The notes under the pieces: generated by a model
Seen by the model: the letters and a program-made list of their open reading frames with translations, nothing else
What the model was told of the DNA's origin: nothing
The model's database searches: none
Origin: Lytechinus pictus
Lineage: Eukaryota
NCBI RefSeq assembly: GCF_037042905.1
Contig: NC_087250.1
Span: 25,422,001-25,486,000, forward strand
Direction: 5' to 3'
Length of the DNA stretch: 64,000 nucleotides
In this document: one piece after another, positions 12,424 through 25,383 of the stretch
How positions within the stretch are numbered: the first letter of the stretch is position 1
How the letters are laid out: every line of letters starts with the position of its first letter
Translations under genes and position numbers: made by a program

Positions 12424-14507
12424 TTAGACATACCAACATGTTTCCTAGTGTAACTGCAGTACATAATCCAATTATAAACTCTAATTTGTTGTGCCATTGT
12501 TAAAAAAAAAAATGAATGTCGATCAATTCGAATGTTACTATCCCTTTCATGTAGAACATTATATCTAAGAATTATAAATAAGGTGCTCGTACTACCTGCA
12601 AGTAAAAAAAAGAAGGGAAGGAATCCCATCTATACGACCCTCTCCAAAGCAGCACTCCCTCACAGCTCACCATTCTTTACAGGTTGCTGTATTATTTCCA
12701 ATAATAATAATCTACCACTTCTTGTGATTTTCTTTGTTTTAATCTTATTAAATCTTAAACGATACAGTTGTAAATAATTTAATAATAAAAAAAATCTGAC
12801 ATTCAATCGGCATATACCGCATTAATAAGTTAAATTTTAAACTTATACATACTAAGCCAGTATATTTTTTTCTGTTAATAAGAACATATTTCCCCAACAA
12901 AAACAATACAAATAATTAATAATGGAACATGTTTAAATGAAACACATGCAAACAAAGTCCCAAATCTTTCCTAATCCTCTTGGCCCGTATTCTGATAGCA
13001 GGTTTAATTTAACCCTAGTCTAAAGTTAACCCTGGTTTAACTAAACCTCCTCTAAACCTCACCTCTGATCTAAGTGTAGTTTAATTATTTTGGTATTCTG
13101 ATAGCCAGGTTTAACTAAACCTGGGTTAAACCCGGGTTTAATTTTTTTGGGGGAAATAATCAGCCTCTTTTGGCCAAGACTAGCAACATTTGGGTAAATT
13201 ACTGCTGCAGGGGTGACTGCAACAAAGTTGAAAAAATGTTATTAAAGTTGTTTTTTCTTAAAATTTTTGATTTTATGGAAACTAATTACAACTATTGTAG
13301 TAAAAGAAGAGCATTCATCACCCATATATGGTAATAATTTTTTATTCAAATTATCTATATTTTTGTCAATTACCGAAACATTTCAATCCAAAACCGAGTG
13401 ACTTGCACAGTTTTTTTTATGTATCAGTCCCATTTATTACTTTTCATGTATTGTTTGCCAAAATCTAAAGTGAATAGATTCCTCTCGACATCTTTATTCT
13501 AACTTTAGTTGAAGTAGACCTAAGCCAGGGAAAACTTTTGTAACTTTTGAGACTAGTCTTGGGTCAAGCATTAGGCCTGGATCTAGCCTAGGCCCAAGAT
13601 CAACAACTAACATCCGTCTGTTTGGAGGAGAATTGAACATTGTTTTGACTTTTTTACTTTCCTGAAGTTCTGAACTTAGGCTGAAGCAAAACGTAACTTT
13701 GTTAGTCTAGTGCCGAGACTGAAGCTACATAGGCCTAGATCTAACGTTAGACCTATATTTGGTCTAGGCCTAGAACATTCAGGACTTAGCCTGGTTTAGC
13801 CTTAGGACAGGGATAGATCTATCTAGATCTAGGCCTACATGTAGGTCTAGATTAGATCTGACTTAGACCAAAAGCTTCAGTCTCCGACTGTATTTTTGTT
13901 GTTCCGCCAAGTAGGAGTACGACACTCGACAGTCTAACGGTAACGTTATGTTGGCCTAGTCTCACCAATGTGATATGACAGTAAATGTCAAAAACTTTTA
14001 AATAAATTCCCAGAAACGATGGTTATTCCTGTCTACAGTGCTAGATCTAGCCTATATGCATTGCTTGCCAACTACGCCTAAACTAAAAGTTAGATCTATA
14101 CTTGTCCTAGTCTAGACATCTATGTAGATCTAGATCTACTCCTGTTACTGTTAGGTCCATCTGTTTGTTTGGAGGAGTTTTATTTTATACATTTTGGGGA
14201 CTTGCTTAGATCTAGGTTTCCAGGACTAGAAAACGGGCCTAAAACAGCTCAGTCTAGACTAGGGCCTAGGTTTTATAAGAATTTAGTTTAGATCTACCGG
14301 TACGCGGCCTAGCCTGTGCTTTCTTCTATTCATTCTAGATTCTATTTCTAGCCTAGCCGGTAGCCCTAACGTTAGGACTGGCTGATCTAGTCTACTGTTT
14401 GATCTAGAAATCTCTCTAACCTAGGCCTAGATCTATACTAAATGACTTAGGCCTAGACTAAAGTACCTAGATCTAGAACTAGATCTATATTTATCTAGGT
14501 GTATATA

Positions 14508-15506
14508 TGTCAGGATAGAAATTTAATTACAGATGTATTTCAGTTAGACAGTTTTAAACAGTTTTAAACATGTGTTTAAAATAGTTATTTGGTCCAGGTT
14601 AGGGTAGGCCTGTAGACAAGCATGTAGATATGTTTTGAATACTTTGAAAGCAAGCATCGGAAACGCTTGATACCCCCCCCCTTAGAGTACAAGTGTACCA
14701 GGTTTATGTCATATTTTATACAGGTGTTCGAAATATTTCTTTAGGAGAAGCATTTTCATACAGGTGTCGTAAATAACCAAAAGTGATCTAGCATTGATGA
14801 GTGTAGATGTATAGATACACAGGAAGTGTCTTTTATTAATAGGAATGTGGTGTTTTATGCACTCATCTGTTATCGAAATTCTTTGGATTACTTTATAGAA
14901 ATCTTACAGTTAGTCCTAGTAACGGTAGGGTATATTAGGAGGTTCATTTCGGTAATTCAGGGAGAACCACCTAAGCTAGAATAGACTACAGATGTTCGTA
15001 TAGGCAGTCTAAGTTATAACTGAGGGACTACGTCGGTGACGAGATAACGACCCCAGCTGCCGTCGGTTCTCCACCGACATGATTGGTCAAAATTCATGTC
15101 ATCATTGGGGGCTCGATCTCGTCCAATAATTCGTTGAAGCCACATCTCTGATCTGAGGGCTACTCATCAGGGGGCAACTGTCTGCGGAGGCCGAGGCCGA
15201 GTGGAAGAGACATCGCAAGCTGCGGAGGCCAGGAACTGGACCGACCACCAGGGCCGAGTGGGGCATGTCAAGCCAGAACAGATGATGTGGGCTCTATTCA
15301 ACTATTGTTTAAGTTAAGTTATATTTTGTTATATCCATGTATATTTCATGTATAAACATTGTAAAAGAATCAAAGGAGATCACAGAATGATTTAAGAGCT
15401 TTGAATAAATCTTTTACTAACTGTAATCCTCAGTTTTACGTATTCCTTATTTGGCGTCAAGCAGCAGTAGCTAAATAATAAAAAAAAAGTCACTTCCCAC
15501 GTGACA
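14508..15506 (+). repeat. 5' LTR
   Basis: Direct repeat of 25384-26389; TG...CA ends. Confidence 0.95.
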
Positions 15507-15509
15507 ATT

Positions 15510-15527
15510 TGGAGGTCCCACCGAGAT
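15510..15527 (+). promoter_or_regulatory. Primer-binding site complementary to the tRNA-Gln 3' end
   Basis: TGGAGGTCCCACCGAGAT lies 3 nt after the LTR. Its reverse complement ATCTCGGTGGGACCTCCA matches the metazoan tRNA-Gln 3' end as I recall it. Confidence 0.85.
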
Positions 15528-17926
15528 ACTGCTGCTTGAAATATTCAAAATTAATCTGGAAAGGGATTAATTACTGCTATGGTCACCTTTCTATGTTTAG
15601 GAAATAATCAATGATGTGGTCTATTGACATTGATATAATGGTTTAGTGGTTTCTCCCCAAGGTTACGTCCTTGGTAGCGCCTGGTAATTTAGACAATTGT
15701 GATTGTTGATGCAAGTTTACGTGCTTGAATAGATTCCGGTGTTGAATTTAACTAGGCTTTGAATCCTCTTGTGTGAAGTGGATTGGTGTGGTTCCGCATG
15801 GTTTAATTGTATGCTCATTGGGAGATACATTCTAGTGTGCTTGCTGGAAGGCACTATAGTAGACTTGTTAACTGCAAAAAAAGGGGTGAACGCTGCATTT
15901 TTTAGTACAAATGTCCCACTTGGCACAAATGTTCCTTGAGTCAAAAGAAAAAGATTCATCCAAAGAGACACGCTGTGTCTATGCAAATAAGCAAGTAATT
16001 TGCATAAATTTGCATATTATGTCGATATAGTGAAAACAGGTATTTAAGAATATATACTTAACCAGAACTGCCCTAAAATTGGAAATAAAGACTTAGGGTA
16101 AGAAAGGGAAGAAAATTGTCATAAAATAATTGGGATATCCTTGTTTATTATTACCTAATTTACATAAATTATGCAAATTATAATTTACAACAGAGTATTT
16201 TTTCATGAATCCTGAACTGTTTTATAAATAACAGCAAGTAATACACAATGTCAACATTCTACATGAAAGATAATATATTAGCGAAAACATCGATATGCTT
16301 CATGACAGTATTAGTGTCTTAATTTGCTTAGAGGGCAAATATGTCAAAGTGTATGACGTGATATTGCGCTAAAACGAAACCAAAACAACCAAAACAACCA
16401 ATAAAGCGATCAATGGTATGTCATTCGAGATAACACAATCTCAACACAATAGCTTCCATCGGCTTCTCGTATCGCTTTTGTTGGTGTGTCTGCCACACCG
16501 TAATCTATGGTATATACGGGCAAAATGCATTTCGGTATCGGTAAAACACTATTAATTTTGTTTTATTTCTTTCTAATTTGTTTCTCTTGGAAAATTGACA
16601 GGAGACATTGCTTTGCAGGTTACTGCTTTAATGAAGCTCTGGCACATGAATCATGACGTATGTACCCCACCTCAATCCATATTTTAACTTTATTAAAATA
16701 TATATCTTTTGGAGACCCGAAAGTGGCAAAACTGCATTCCCCGCGGCATTCCCGCTACTTTACAAAACCGGTTTGACTTGTATTATCGACTTGGAAAAGA
16801 CAGATGTATGAGACATCAGTTAACATGTTTCCTGAAGAAAGTTTTTTTATTTTTTATTTAAGCCTACGCCCACGGGAGCCCTCCGAATTTACCCCATCCC
16901 ATCTCCGTATTTCGACACTAAATAAAAAGATATCGTGTTTTAAAGCCGCCGGCAAGGCAAATTGCGTTTTTGGTATAATAAAGCAACTTTTATATCTATA
17001 TTTCATATTTTCTATATTAATATTTTTATCATTATTATTATTATTATTATTGTTATTATTATCATTATTATTATTGTTATTGTTCTGCAGTTTGTAATAA
17101 TGCTCTAGCACAGTAAAGGCTATAACCTAACAGGAGCATGCTTATAGGATACCCTTTTCCCTTTGGGTTTTATGTATTCAAAAATAGTTTATTGTCTTTA
17201 GAACTCTTAAAAGATTACTTTTGTTTGTATTGATATCTTGGAATAGATTAAGGAGAAAATACTTTACAATTGACATGTAGAAGAGCTGTGGTTACATAGA
17301 AGAAAAGCCACACGTAAGCTCTAAAATACTCAAACCCCTTTATTGATTCCACTCTATGTTAAATTTAAATATTTTTAGAGCACATTCGGAAGAAAGATAC
17401 ATTTCTATTACACACAGTAAAGCCTCTTTACTTTCTCCTCTTGAAAAAAAAAAACATAGAAGGCCTTGTTTTATATCATATAAAATAAGTTCGTGTACAT
17501 GACGGTAGCCTGTCGAAGTTGCCCAACCCTTTATTTTGTTTTGACAATATATTTTTAGAATATCGTCTAAATGAAGCCCTCATCTGGAAAAGGGCACTTA
17601 TTAAAGTCAGAATCTATATTATATAGAGGAGGCCCTGGTACTTGGAAGCGGGGGCTGAAGCACCCGCAAGATTTTAAGGAAGGTGGGTGTGCTGCATGTG
17701 TTATTCTCCATAGACAGCACCCCCTGGATGTCCGGCAGATGTGACAAAACGAAAAAAAGAATCCCTTCATTTTGTAGTGCAATCTTTTTTGTTTATTTAC
17801 TTGTTAAATTTCTTGATGTAAATTTGAAAAGCAAAAAAGGTTCAATGTAAAATTTTGGTCCCAAGAAATTTAACAAGCTTCAGCCCCCTCTTCCCAGTGC
17901 CAGGGCCTCCTCTATATAATGTAGAT

Positions 17927-19171
17927 CAGCCATTCTCAATTACTTTTTTTGAAGCGCCACATTTCATGTTGAGAATCTGTAATGCTCCACTGTCCATTGC
18001 GCAAACCAGCAATGTATCAGCGGAGGGGTTCAGAGGCCCCTGGTGGGGGTCGATGGGGCAGAGCCCCCAGACGTTTTTGAATATGAGGCCTTTTAAATTG
18101 CCCAGAGGGGCTCTAATTAATATCAACAGAAGAAATACAAATGCCAACAACCTACACAATATCAATATTAAAATAAAAATGACCAGTGACTTTTTCACAA
18201 CATACCAATGATACCACTAGTTCAGACTGTTCTGCCCCAGATATATTGGCTGAAGCAAGTGGCGTAATGAGTAAAAAGTAAAAAAAAATGAGGGGGCTAG
18301 ATATGGCAGCTGAAACAAAAATATTGAACTTTGCAATACAAATATCTATATTTTGACATAATATTAAGAAAATAATACAATATTCCAATCTTTTCCTTTT
18401 CTTTCCCTTTCTCCTTTTTTTTTCTTGGCCATGAAACACTTGGGCCCCCCAATCGCCACCCCCATCTGTACGCCAGTGGTTGAAGCAACGTTCCCCGATT
18501 TTGCAAGGGCTGAAAATTAGTCGTTGCACTGCACTAACGCCCCAACTGCCCCTCTCTCTCTTTAACTCACGTGCAGTATCATTCATTCAGTTCATGTTAA
18601 GCAAGAGTGCATGCAGGCAATCACGGCAGACAATGCATCTGAGCATACATTTATTTCACTTTTACAACATCGGATTTTAATCGGCTTCAGAAACAAAGTT
18701 TCTGCTTGTTATGTCCCAAATTCATAATCTTTTATGATCAGGATGTTCTTTGAATATCATATCATTTGATGTTTAACTCTTAACCAAAACGTATACTCTG
18801 GAAATGCAAAATTTCTCGCCGTTGAAATAGAAATCCTACAAACGGGGTTTTCAAATCACTTGTGCGGCACAAAAACTTTGTACAGCGTAGAATAAATAAA
18901 AAGGAGAACACCATCGATCCTCCATAATAGGGGTTATCGAGTGCTAAATTGGACAAAATTTGAGGAAATCAATTAGCAATTAAGTGTCAAGTAAAGAGTT
19001 TTTGTTTTCTCTTTGTATTAAAATGATCACCAAAACCTTATTGCCAGGTTACTGGTAGATACATTTTTTCTCCCTTATTTTTCCTTTATTTTTTATACCG
19101 GCTCCCAAGCGCCACTCCGCAAGGCTCGGTGCGCCACAAGTGGCGCGCGCGCCACCTATTGAGAACCCCTG
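17927..19171. mobile_element. hAT-type non-autonomous element inserted near the foldback centre
   Basis: Ends CAGCCATTCTCAAT / ATTGAGAACCCCTG; exact 8-bp TSD ATGTAGAT (17919-17926, 19172-19179). Confidence 0.8.
18257..18478. mobile_element. Short hAT-type MITE (CAGTGGCGTA family)
   Basis: AAGTGGCGTA...TACGCCAGTG ends; 8-bp TSD GCTGAAGC/GTTGAAGC (7 of 8 match). Confidence 0.65.
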
Positions 19172-20949
19172 ATGTAGATGCTGCCTTTAATAAGTGCCAT
19201 TTTCCAGATGAGTGCTTAATTTAGACGATATTCTGAAAATATATTGTCAAAACAAAATAAACGATTGGGCAACTTCGACAGGCCACCGTCACGTACACGA
19301 TGTTTGTTTGGTTTTTTCAAGAGGAGAACGCAAAGAGGCTTTACTGTGTGTAGTTGAAATACATCTTTCTTCCGATTGGGCTCTAAAAATATTTAAATTT
19401 AACATTGAGTGGAATCAATAAAGGGCTGTGTGGCTGTTCTTCAATGTACCACAGCTCCTCTGCATGTCAATTGTAGAGTATTTTCTCCTCAATCTATTCC
19501 AAGATATCAATACAAACAAAAGTAATCTTTTAAGAGTTCTAAAGACAATAAACTATTTTTGAATACATAAAACCCAAAGGGAAAAGGGTATCCTAAGCAT
19601 GCTCCTGTTAGGTTATAGCCTTTACTGTGCTAGAGCATTATTACAAACTGCAGAACAATAATAATAATAATAGTAGTAATAATAATAATAATATTAATAA
19701 TAATTATAATAATATCAATAATGATCAATGTAAATATAAAAATATAGATATTAAAGTTGCTTTATTATACAAAAAAAAACGCAATTTGCCTTGCCGATGG
19801 CTTTAAAACACGATATTTTTTATTTAAAGTCGAAATAAACTTTCTTCAGGAAACATGTTAACTGATGTCTCATACGTCTGTCTTTTCAAAGTCGATTATA
19901 CAAGTCAAACTGGTTTGTAAAGTGGCAGGAATGCCGCGGGGATGCAGTTTTGCCACTTCGGGGTCTCCAAAAGATATATATTTTAATAAAGTTAAAATAT
20001 GGATTGAGGTGGGGTACATACGTCATGATTCATATGCCAGAGCTTCATTAAAGCAGGAACCTGCAAAGTAATGGCTCCTGTAAAATTTCCAAGAGAGACA
20101 AATTAGAAACAAATAAAACAAAATCAATAGTGTTTTACCGATACCGAAATGCATTTTGCCCGTATATACCATAGATTATGGTGTGGCAGACACACCAACA
20201 AAAGCGATACGAGTAGCCGATGGAAGCTATTGTGTTGAGATTGTGTTATTTCGAATGACATACCATTGATCGCTTTATTGTCCGATTCGTGAGTGAGACT
20301 GTGACATAGAGGTTGTTTTGGTCCCGTTTTAGCGCAATATCACGTCATACATCTTGACATATTTGCCCTCTTTCTAAGCAAATTAAGACACTAATACTGT
20401 CATGAAGCATATCGATGTTTTCGCTAATATATTCTCTTTCATGTAGAATGTTGACATTGTGTATTACTTGCTGTTATTTATAAAGTAGTTCAGGATTCAT
20501 GAAAAAATACTCTGTTTTAAATTATAATTTGCATAATTTATGTAAATTAGGTAATAATAAACAAGGATATCCCAATTATTTTATGACAATTTTCTAACCT
20601 TTCTTACCCTAAGTCTTTATTTCCAATTTTAGGGCAGTTCTGGTTAAGTATATATTCTTAAATACCTGTTTTCACTATATCGACATAATATGCAAATTTA
20701 TGCAAATTACTTGCTTATTTGCATAGACACAGCGTGTCTCTTTGGATGAATCTTTTTCTTTTGACTCAAGGAACATTTGTGCCAAGTGGGACATTTGTAC
20801 TAAAAAATGCAGCGTTCAACCTCTTAACAAGTCTACTACTAGTGGTTTGGCATTTGTTGCCAGGTGTTAAAGCTTTTGCTTTGTTTATGCGGATGGTTAA
20901 AGCCTGTTAGGATATTTGAATTTATTGGAATCTATAGTTAATAGTCGCT

Positions 20950-23900
20950 ATGGCTAGCATTGAACAAATGAAAGAATTTTCCACGTTAGGTAGGGAAATG
21001 GGCCTTAGTGAGGGCGAGTTGAGTAGGTTTGTGTCTGAGCGTTGCCAGGCGATAGAACGTGAGAAAGAAATTAAGGCTGAGCGTGAAGCTCGAGAAAAGG
21101 AGCGCGAAGCTCGAGAAAAGGAACGTGAGCATGAACTGAAGTTAGCGCATATGCGTAAGGAAGAGGTGAATAATGTACCTCAGTTAGGTGGGATAAAGCT
21201 TGAAGAAGGTCGTTTTGACGATGCCCACGATAAGTTCGATGCTTACATAACCAAATTTGAGATGTTAATGAAAAGCCAAAAAGTTTCTGATGACTTATGG
21301 GTAGTATATCCCGATCTCTAATCTGACAGGGAAAGCTTTAGATGTAGTGAATAGGATGAATGTAGATGATCGCCAGAAATATACCGCGGTAAAAGATGAG
21401 CTGATGCAATACTATCATCTCACTGAGGAAGGGTATAGGCGAAATTTCAGATTAAGTAGGCCGTTAAACTCTGAACGTCCCAAACAGTTTGCCACTAGAA
21501 TGAAGGCTCATTTTGATAAGTGGGTAGAGGCGGCTAAGATAGATAGTAGTAGAGGGGCTCTTGAGGATCTGATATTGCGAGAGCAATTTTTGACTGATTG
21601 TCCAAAAGAGGTTGCTAGGTTCATTAGGGAACGAAAATGCGTGAATTTTGATGAAGCCGTTAATTGTGCGGAACTTTATGTTAGTGCGCATGGGCCTCAC
21701 GTGTTCTCTAGTGGGCAGAAATCCGAAAAGTTCCGATCAGATCCGAAGTCGGGTAGTAAGAACCCTATGTCAAAACCATTCGGAAGGACTTATCAGAAAT
21801 CAAATGAAATTCAGTCTAGAATAAGGAAGAATGAAGGTAATAAGCCTTTTCAAACGAGAGGGTGTTACATGTGTGGGAATCCTAATCACATGAGGAAGGA
21901 GTGTCCCATGTTGTCCCGGCCTGCGGCGGCTCAGGGTATGATGTTTGTAGGAGGAGGAGGCCCTAAGTTAGACATTGGTGAAGAGAGTCCTCAGGTAAAT
22001 GAAATAGAGTCTGAAGTTGTAGACATGACGGCTTGTTGTGTGTCTGTCGAGTCTGTGGTCGATGATTTCAGTAGTGAAGACGAAGTCGTTGAAAAGGTTG
22101 GAATGGCTTATGATGATATCGATTCAATGGTCGAAGATTTACCTGTCGTGTCTGGGAGGTTGATGCCTGGGAATGTTCCCGTATCAGTGTTGCGTGATAC
22201 AGGTTGCACTACCTGTGTAGTGAAACAGGCATTGGTTAGGGAAGATCAGTTTATAGGTAAATGTCGAGCAGTCAGGTTAATAGATACTACAATCAGGCGT
22301 TTTCCATTAGCTAAGATAGTTGTAGATTCGCCGTATTTCGAAGGAGAGATTGTGGCTGTGTGTCTGCCCGATTGTTTATATGATCTAGTAATTGGTAATG
22401 TAAAAGGGGCTCGTAAAGTGAGTGACCCCAATTTACATTGGGTCCCGAAGAATGATGAGGATGATGATGATGTCATTCAGGTCATGGATGAGGTCATGGA
22501 AGTTGAAGAGATGACCGAACTTAATTCCGAGTTGGGTAATGAAATGCCTAAAATGCCTAGTTCAACTCAAAAGGAGTTCGTAGATCTATAGAGTAGAGAT
22601 AGATTCAGCTTTGGGTGAAAATGAGAAGATGCAAGTTCAAAAGATCCTTTGTGAATATCAAGACATATTCACTGATATCCCCAAAAAGACAAACGTATCT
22701 AGTTGTGAAATCTTGCTAACCACAAATCAACCCATACGATCTCCACCTCACAGAGTACCCCAATCAATGGAGAAGGAGATTGATAATGAAATTGATTCCA
22801 TGCTTAAGTTAGGAATAATTGAACCATCTAACTCCCCGTATGGTAATCCGATAGTGATGGTTAAGAAACCAGACGGTTCAAATCGCTTCTGTGTCGATTT
22901 TAGGCGTTTGAATAAAGTAAGTCTTTGATCCAGAACCAATGACAAACCCACAAGAATTGTTTGACTCACTGACCAAGAGTAGATATTTCACAAAACTAGA
23001 CCTAACAAAAGGCTACTGGCAAATTCCAATGCGTGATGAGGATAAAGCAAAAACTGCTTTCCTAACTCCTAAGGGACAGTATCAGTTCAAATACATGCCT
23101 TTTGGACTTGTGACCGCCAGTGCCCAATTCACAAGAATGATGAGAAAAGTACTAGAGGGAATGTCACATGTCGTGACTTATATAGATGACATTTTAATTC
23201 ACACAAGTACCTGGGCAGAACATGTAGATGTGTTGAATGAGGTCTTGAGTAGATTGCGCAAAGCCAATCTGGCTGCTAAGCCATCTAAGTGCACCATAGG
23301 TTCTCGAAACGTAGAATTTCTCGGTCATAGGATAGGCGATGGGGCAATCCTTACTAGTGATAGGTTGACTGACAAAGTGCTCAAAGCTCCAAGACCCCAA
23401 ACTAAGAAGCAGGTTAGGTCATTTCTCGGGCTCTGTGGCTACTATCGGGTCTATATACCCAATTATGCAAACGTGGCCTTGCCTTTGACTAATCTGACCC
23501 GCAAAGGTACTCCTAATAATGTTGAATGGGGTGCAAAAGAGGAAGTTGCTTTTGTCAGGTTGAAAGAATCAATTGCTAAACCCCCTGTGTTAAGATTGCC
23601 AGATTTTGAAAAGACTTTCATGTTAAAGGTTGATGCGTCTGATGTTGGTATGGGGACAGTGCTCATGCAAGAGCATGGTGGGGAATAATTTCCCTTGGCT
23701 TATGTCAGCAAGAAACTCCTCCCTAGAGAGCAGAGATATTCTACAATAGAGAAGGAGGGTCTTGCCATTGTCTGGGCGGTCAAGAAATTTGACTATTATC
23801 TGTTTGGAAGAGTATTTGAAATTCATAGTGATACTGACCATAAACCCCTCACGTATCTCCAGACAATGAAAATGACAAACAAGTGAATTATGAGATGGTG

Positions 23901-23988
23901 TATGTGCCTACAAGAATATAGGTTTCGCATGATCTCAATAAAAGGGTCAGAAAACAAAGCTGCTGATTTAATGAGCAGATTACTGTAA
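20950..23988 (+). pseudogene. Gypsy gag-pol remnant: coiled coil, SCAN-like capsid, CCHC knuckle, aspartic protease, RT, RNase H; no integrase
   Basis: LILREQFLTDCPKEVARFIRER (SCAN-like), CYMCGNPNHMRKEC, LRDTGC, RFCVDFRRLN, LDLTKGYWQIP, MPFGL, YIDD, VDASDVGMG, YSTIEKE, DHKPL, ending NKAADLMSRLL-stop. Breaks at ~21320, 22591, 22928, 23688 and 23886. Confidence 0.93.
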
Positions 23989-25369
23989 ATATTGTAATTA
24001 AGTCTTAAAAGTTTCATTTGCAAAGGTATTCAATGTGGAAATGAATCGTTTCATATCATTTTTATATGATTATTACATGACAGATACTTCATGAAGGTTT
24101 TCTCATTTCTTTCAGGAACCCTGGAACCAGCACACAACGTTCACGCTTCACCAGGCTCTTCGCTGTTTTGTAACTTTTAGGTTAAGGAAAATTTGTTTGG
24201 TAGGGCCTAGTTATACATAGTATAGGTTAGTTTAGGGCCGATAGGTTTTAGTTAAGTTGATTTAAGATTGTAATCGTAGTTTTAAGAAAAAAGGTTATTC
24301 TTGATTTGTAAAATTGAAATAACAAGCCATTATAATTACTCCAAAAAAATTATTTTACAGTCATTTTAATGCCACTATTGTGAAACATTTTAAATACGTA
24401 TAATTCACAAATAAAAGATTGCTTCTTAAAGTCTTATTCTTTATCGATATAGAAATGATATTGAATATAAATTTCTTTAAATCTAAATGACAGTTTTCTA
24501 AATTTTACACTGCATTTAACATGTTCTGTAGTGTTCTAAACATACATTGCATTTTATCATGGTTGGGAATGAATTAAAAAAAAAATACTCTTGATTAGTC
24601 AGGATTTGAAAGAAAAGAATCATGTTATATCTTATTATACTTAAATCTGTATCATGTATGTTGTCTCTCAAATTATGGAAAACCTTGCACGTTTTCATAC
24701 AATGTCGTTATGTTATTTGGAATTTTCAATCTTTTAAAAAGAAATTACTCAATCATTTCTGAAAAGATAGTTGATTTTCGATTAGGTAAGACATTTTAAA
24801 ATGTGTTTATTAAGCATTGTTGTAAACATTAAAGTTGTAAACATTATTGAATTGTTTTATGTAGAATTCTAGACCATAATATATCAATGGTAAGAATCAC
24901 TTTACGTTTAAGAAAATACAGTTAAAAAAAAAAAAGGTTTCTGATTTTCAATCAAATAGCAATGCAGTTGTAAAGTACTGTTCTTGAAAAAAAATATTTC
25001 AAGAAGTTTGCCGAATTTAATAATTCTCGTTATAGATCGTTAAATAAGATTTTCAGAGATTGTTGAATATCAGTTCAGAGCAGTTTTGCAAAACATAGTG
25101 ATTTTTAGACAGTAAATGTTACATTGTTTAAACACTAATATAGATGGCTTATTGGAAATGAGCTCTTGTATGTCTATGCATATTACTTTGGATGTTTATA
25201 TATATATATATGTATCACTGGATATAGTTAGTGAAATATTCGTTTTATAATATGGATAACTAACGTTTTCATAAAACATTATGATAGAGATTTATTAATA
25301 CCTTGTTAAAGGAGACTCTGTTATAAATTTCTTTATTGGATATAATTAAGGTTCCCTTAATTTTATCTT

Positions 25370-25383
25370 AAGGTGGGGGATAT
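25370..25383 (+). promoter_or_regulatory. Polypurine tract
   Basis: AAGGTGGGGGATAT immediately before the 3' LTR. Confidence 0.75.

Larger units (their letters stand above)
15857..20838. mobile_element. Near-palindromic foldback DNA element, Academ-like termini
   Basis: Starts TAGTAGACTTGTTAA and ends TTAACAAGTCTACTA; 3-bp TSD CTA (15854-15856, 20839-20841). Inverted arms can be followed for ~1.8 kb. Confidence 0.85.

Noticed and set aside
12427..12981. L1 ORF1 or 5' region continuing upstream of ORF2 (possibly also after 31294)
   Set aside because: No ORF1 motif was found, so I cannot show that the large nest sits inside the L1.
15717..15986. Duplicated peptide MHRHSVSLWMNLFLLTQGTF (also 20719-20910)
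   Set aside because: It is a mirror-image translation of the foldback arms with non-ATG starts.
23989..25369. Integrase or env gene downstream of RNase H
   Set aside because: The region is AT-rich with no long ORF or motif and reads as 3' non-coding sequence.
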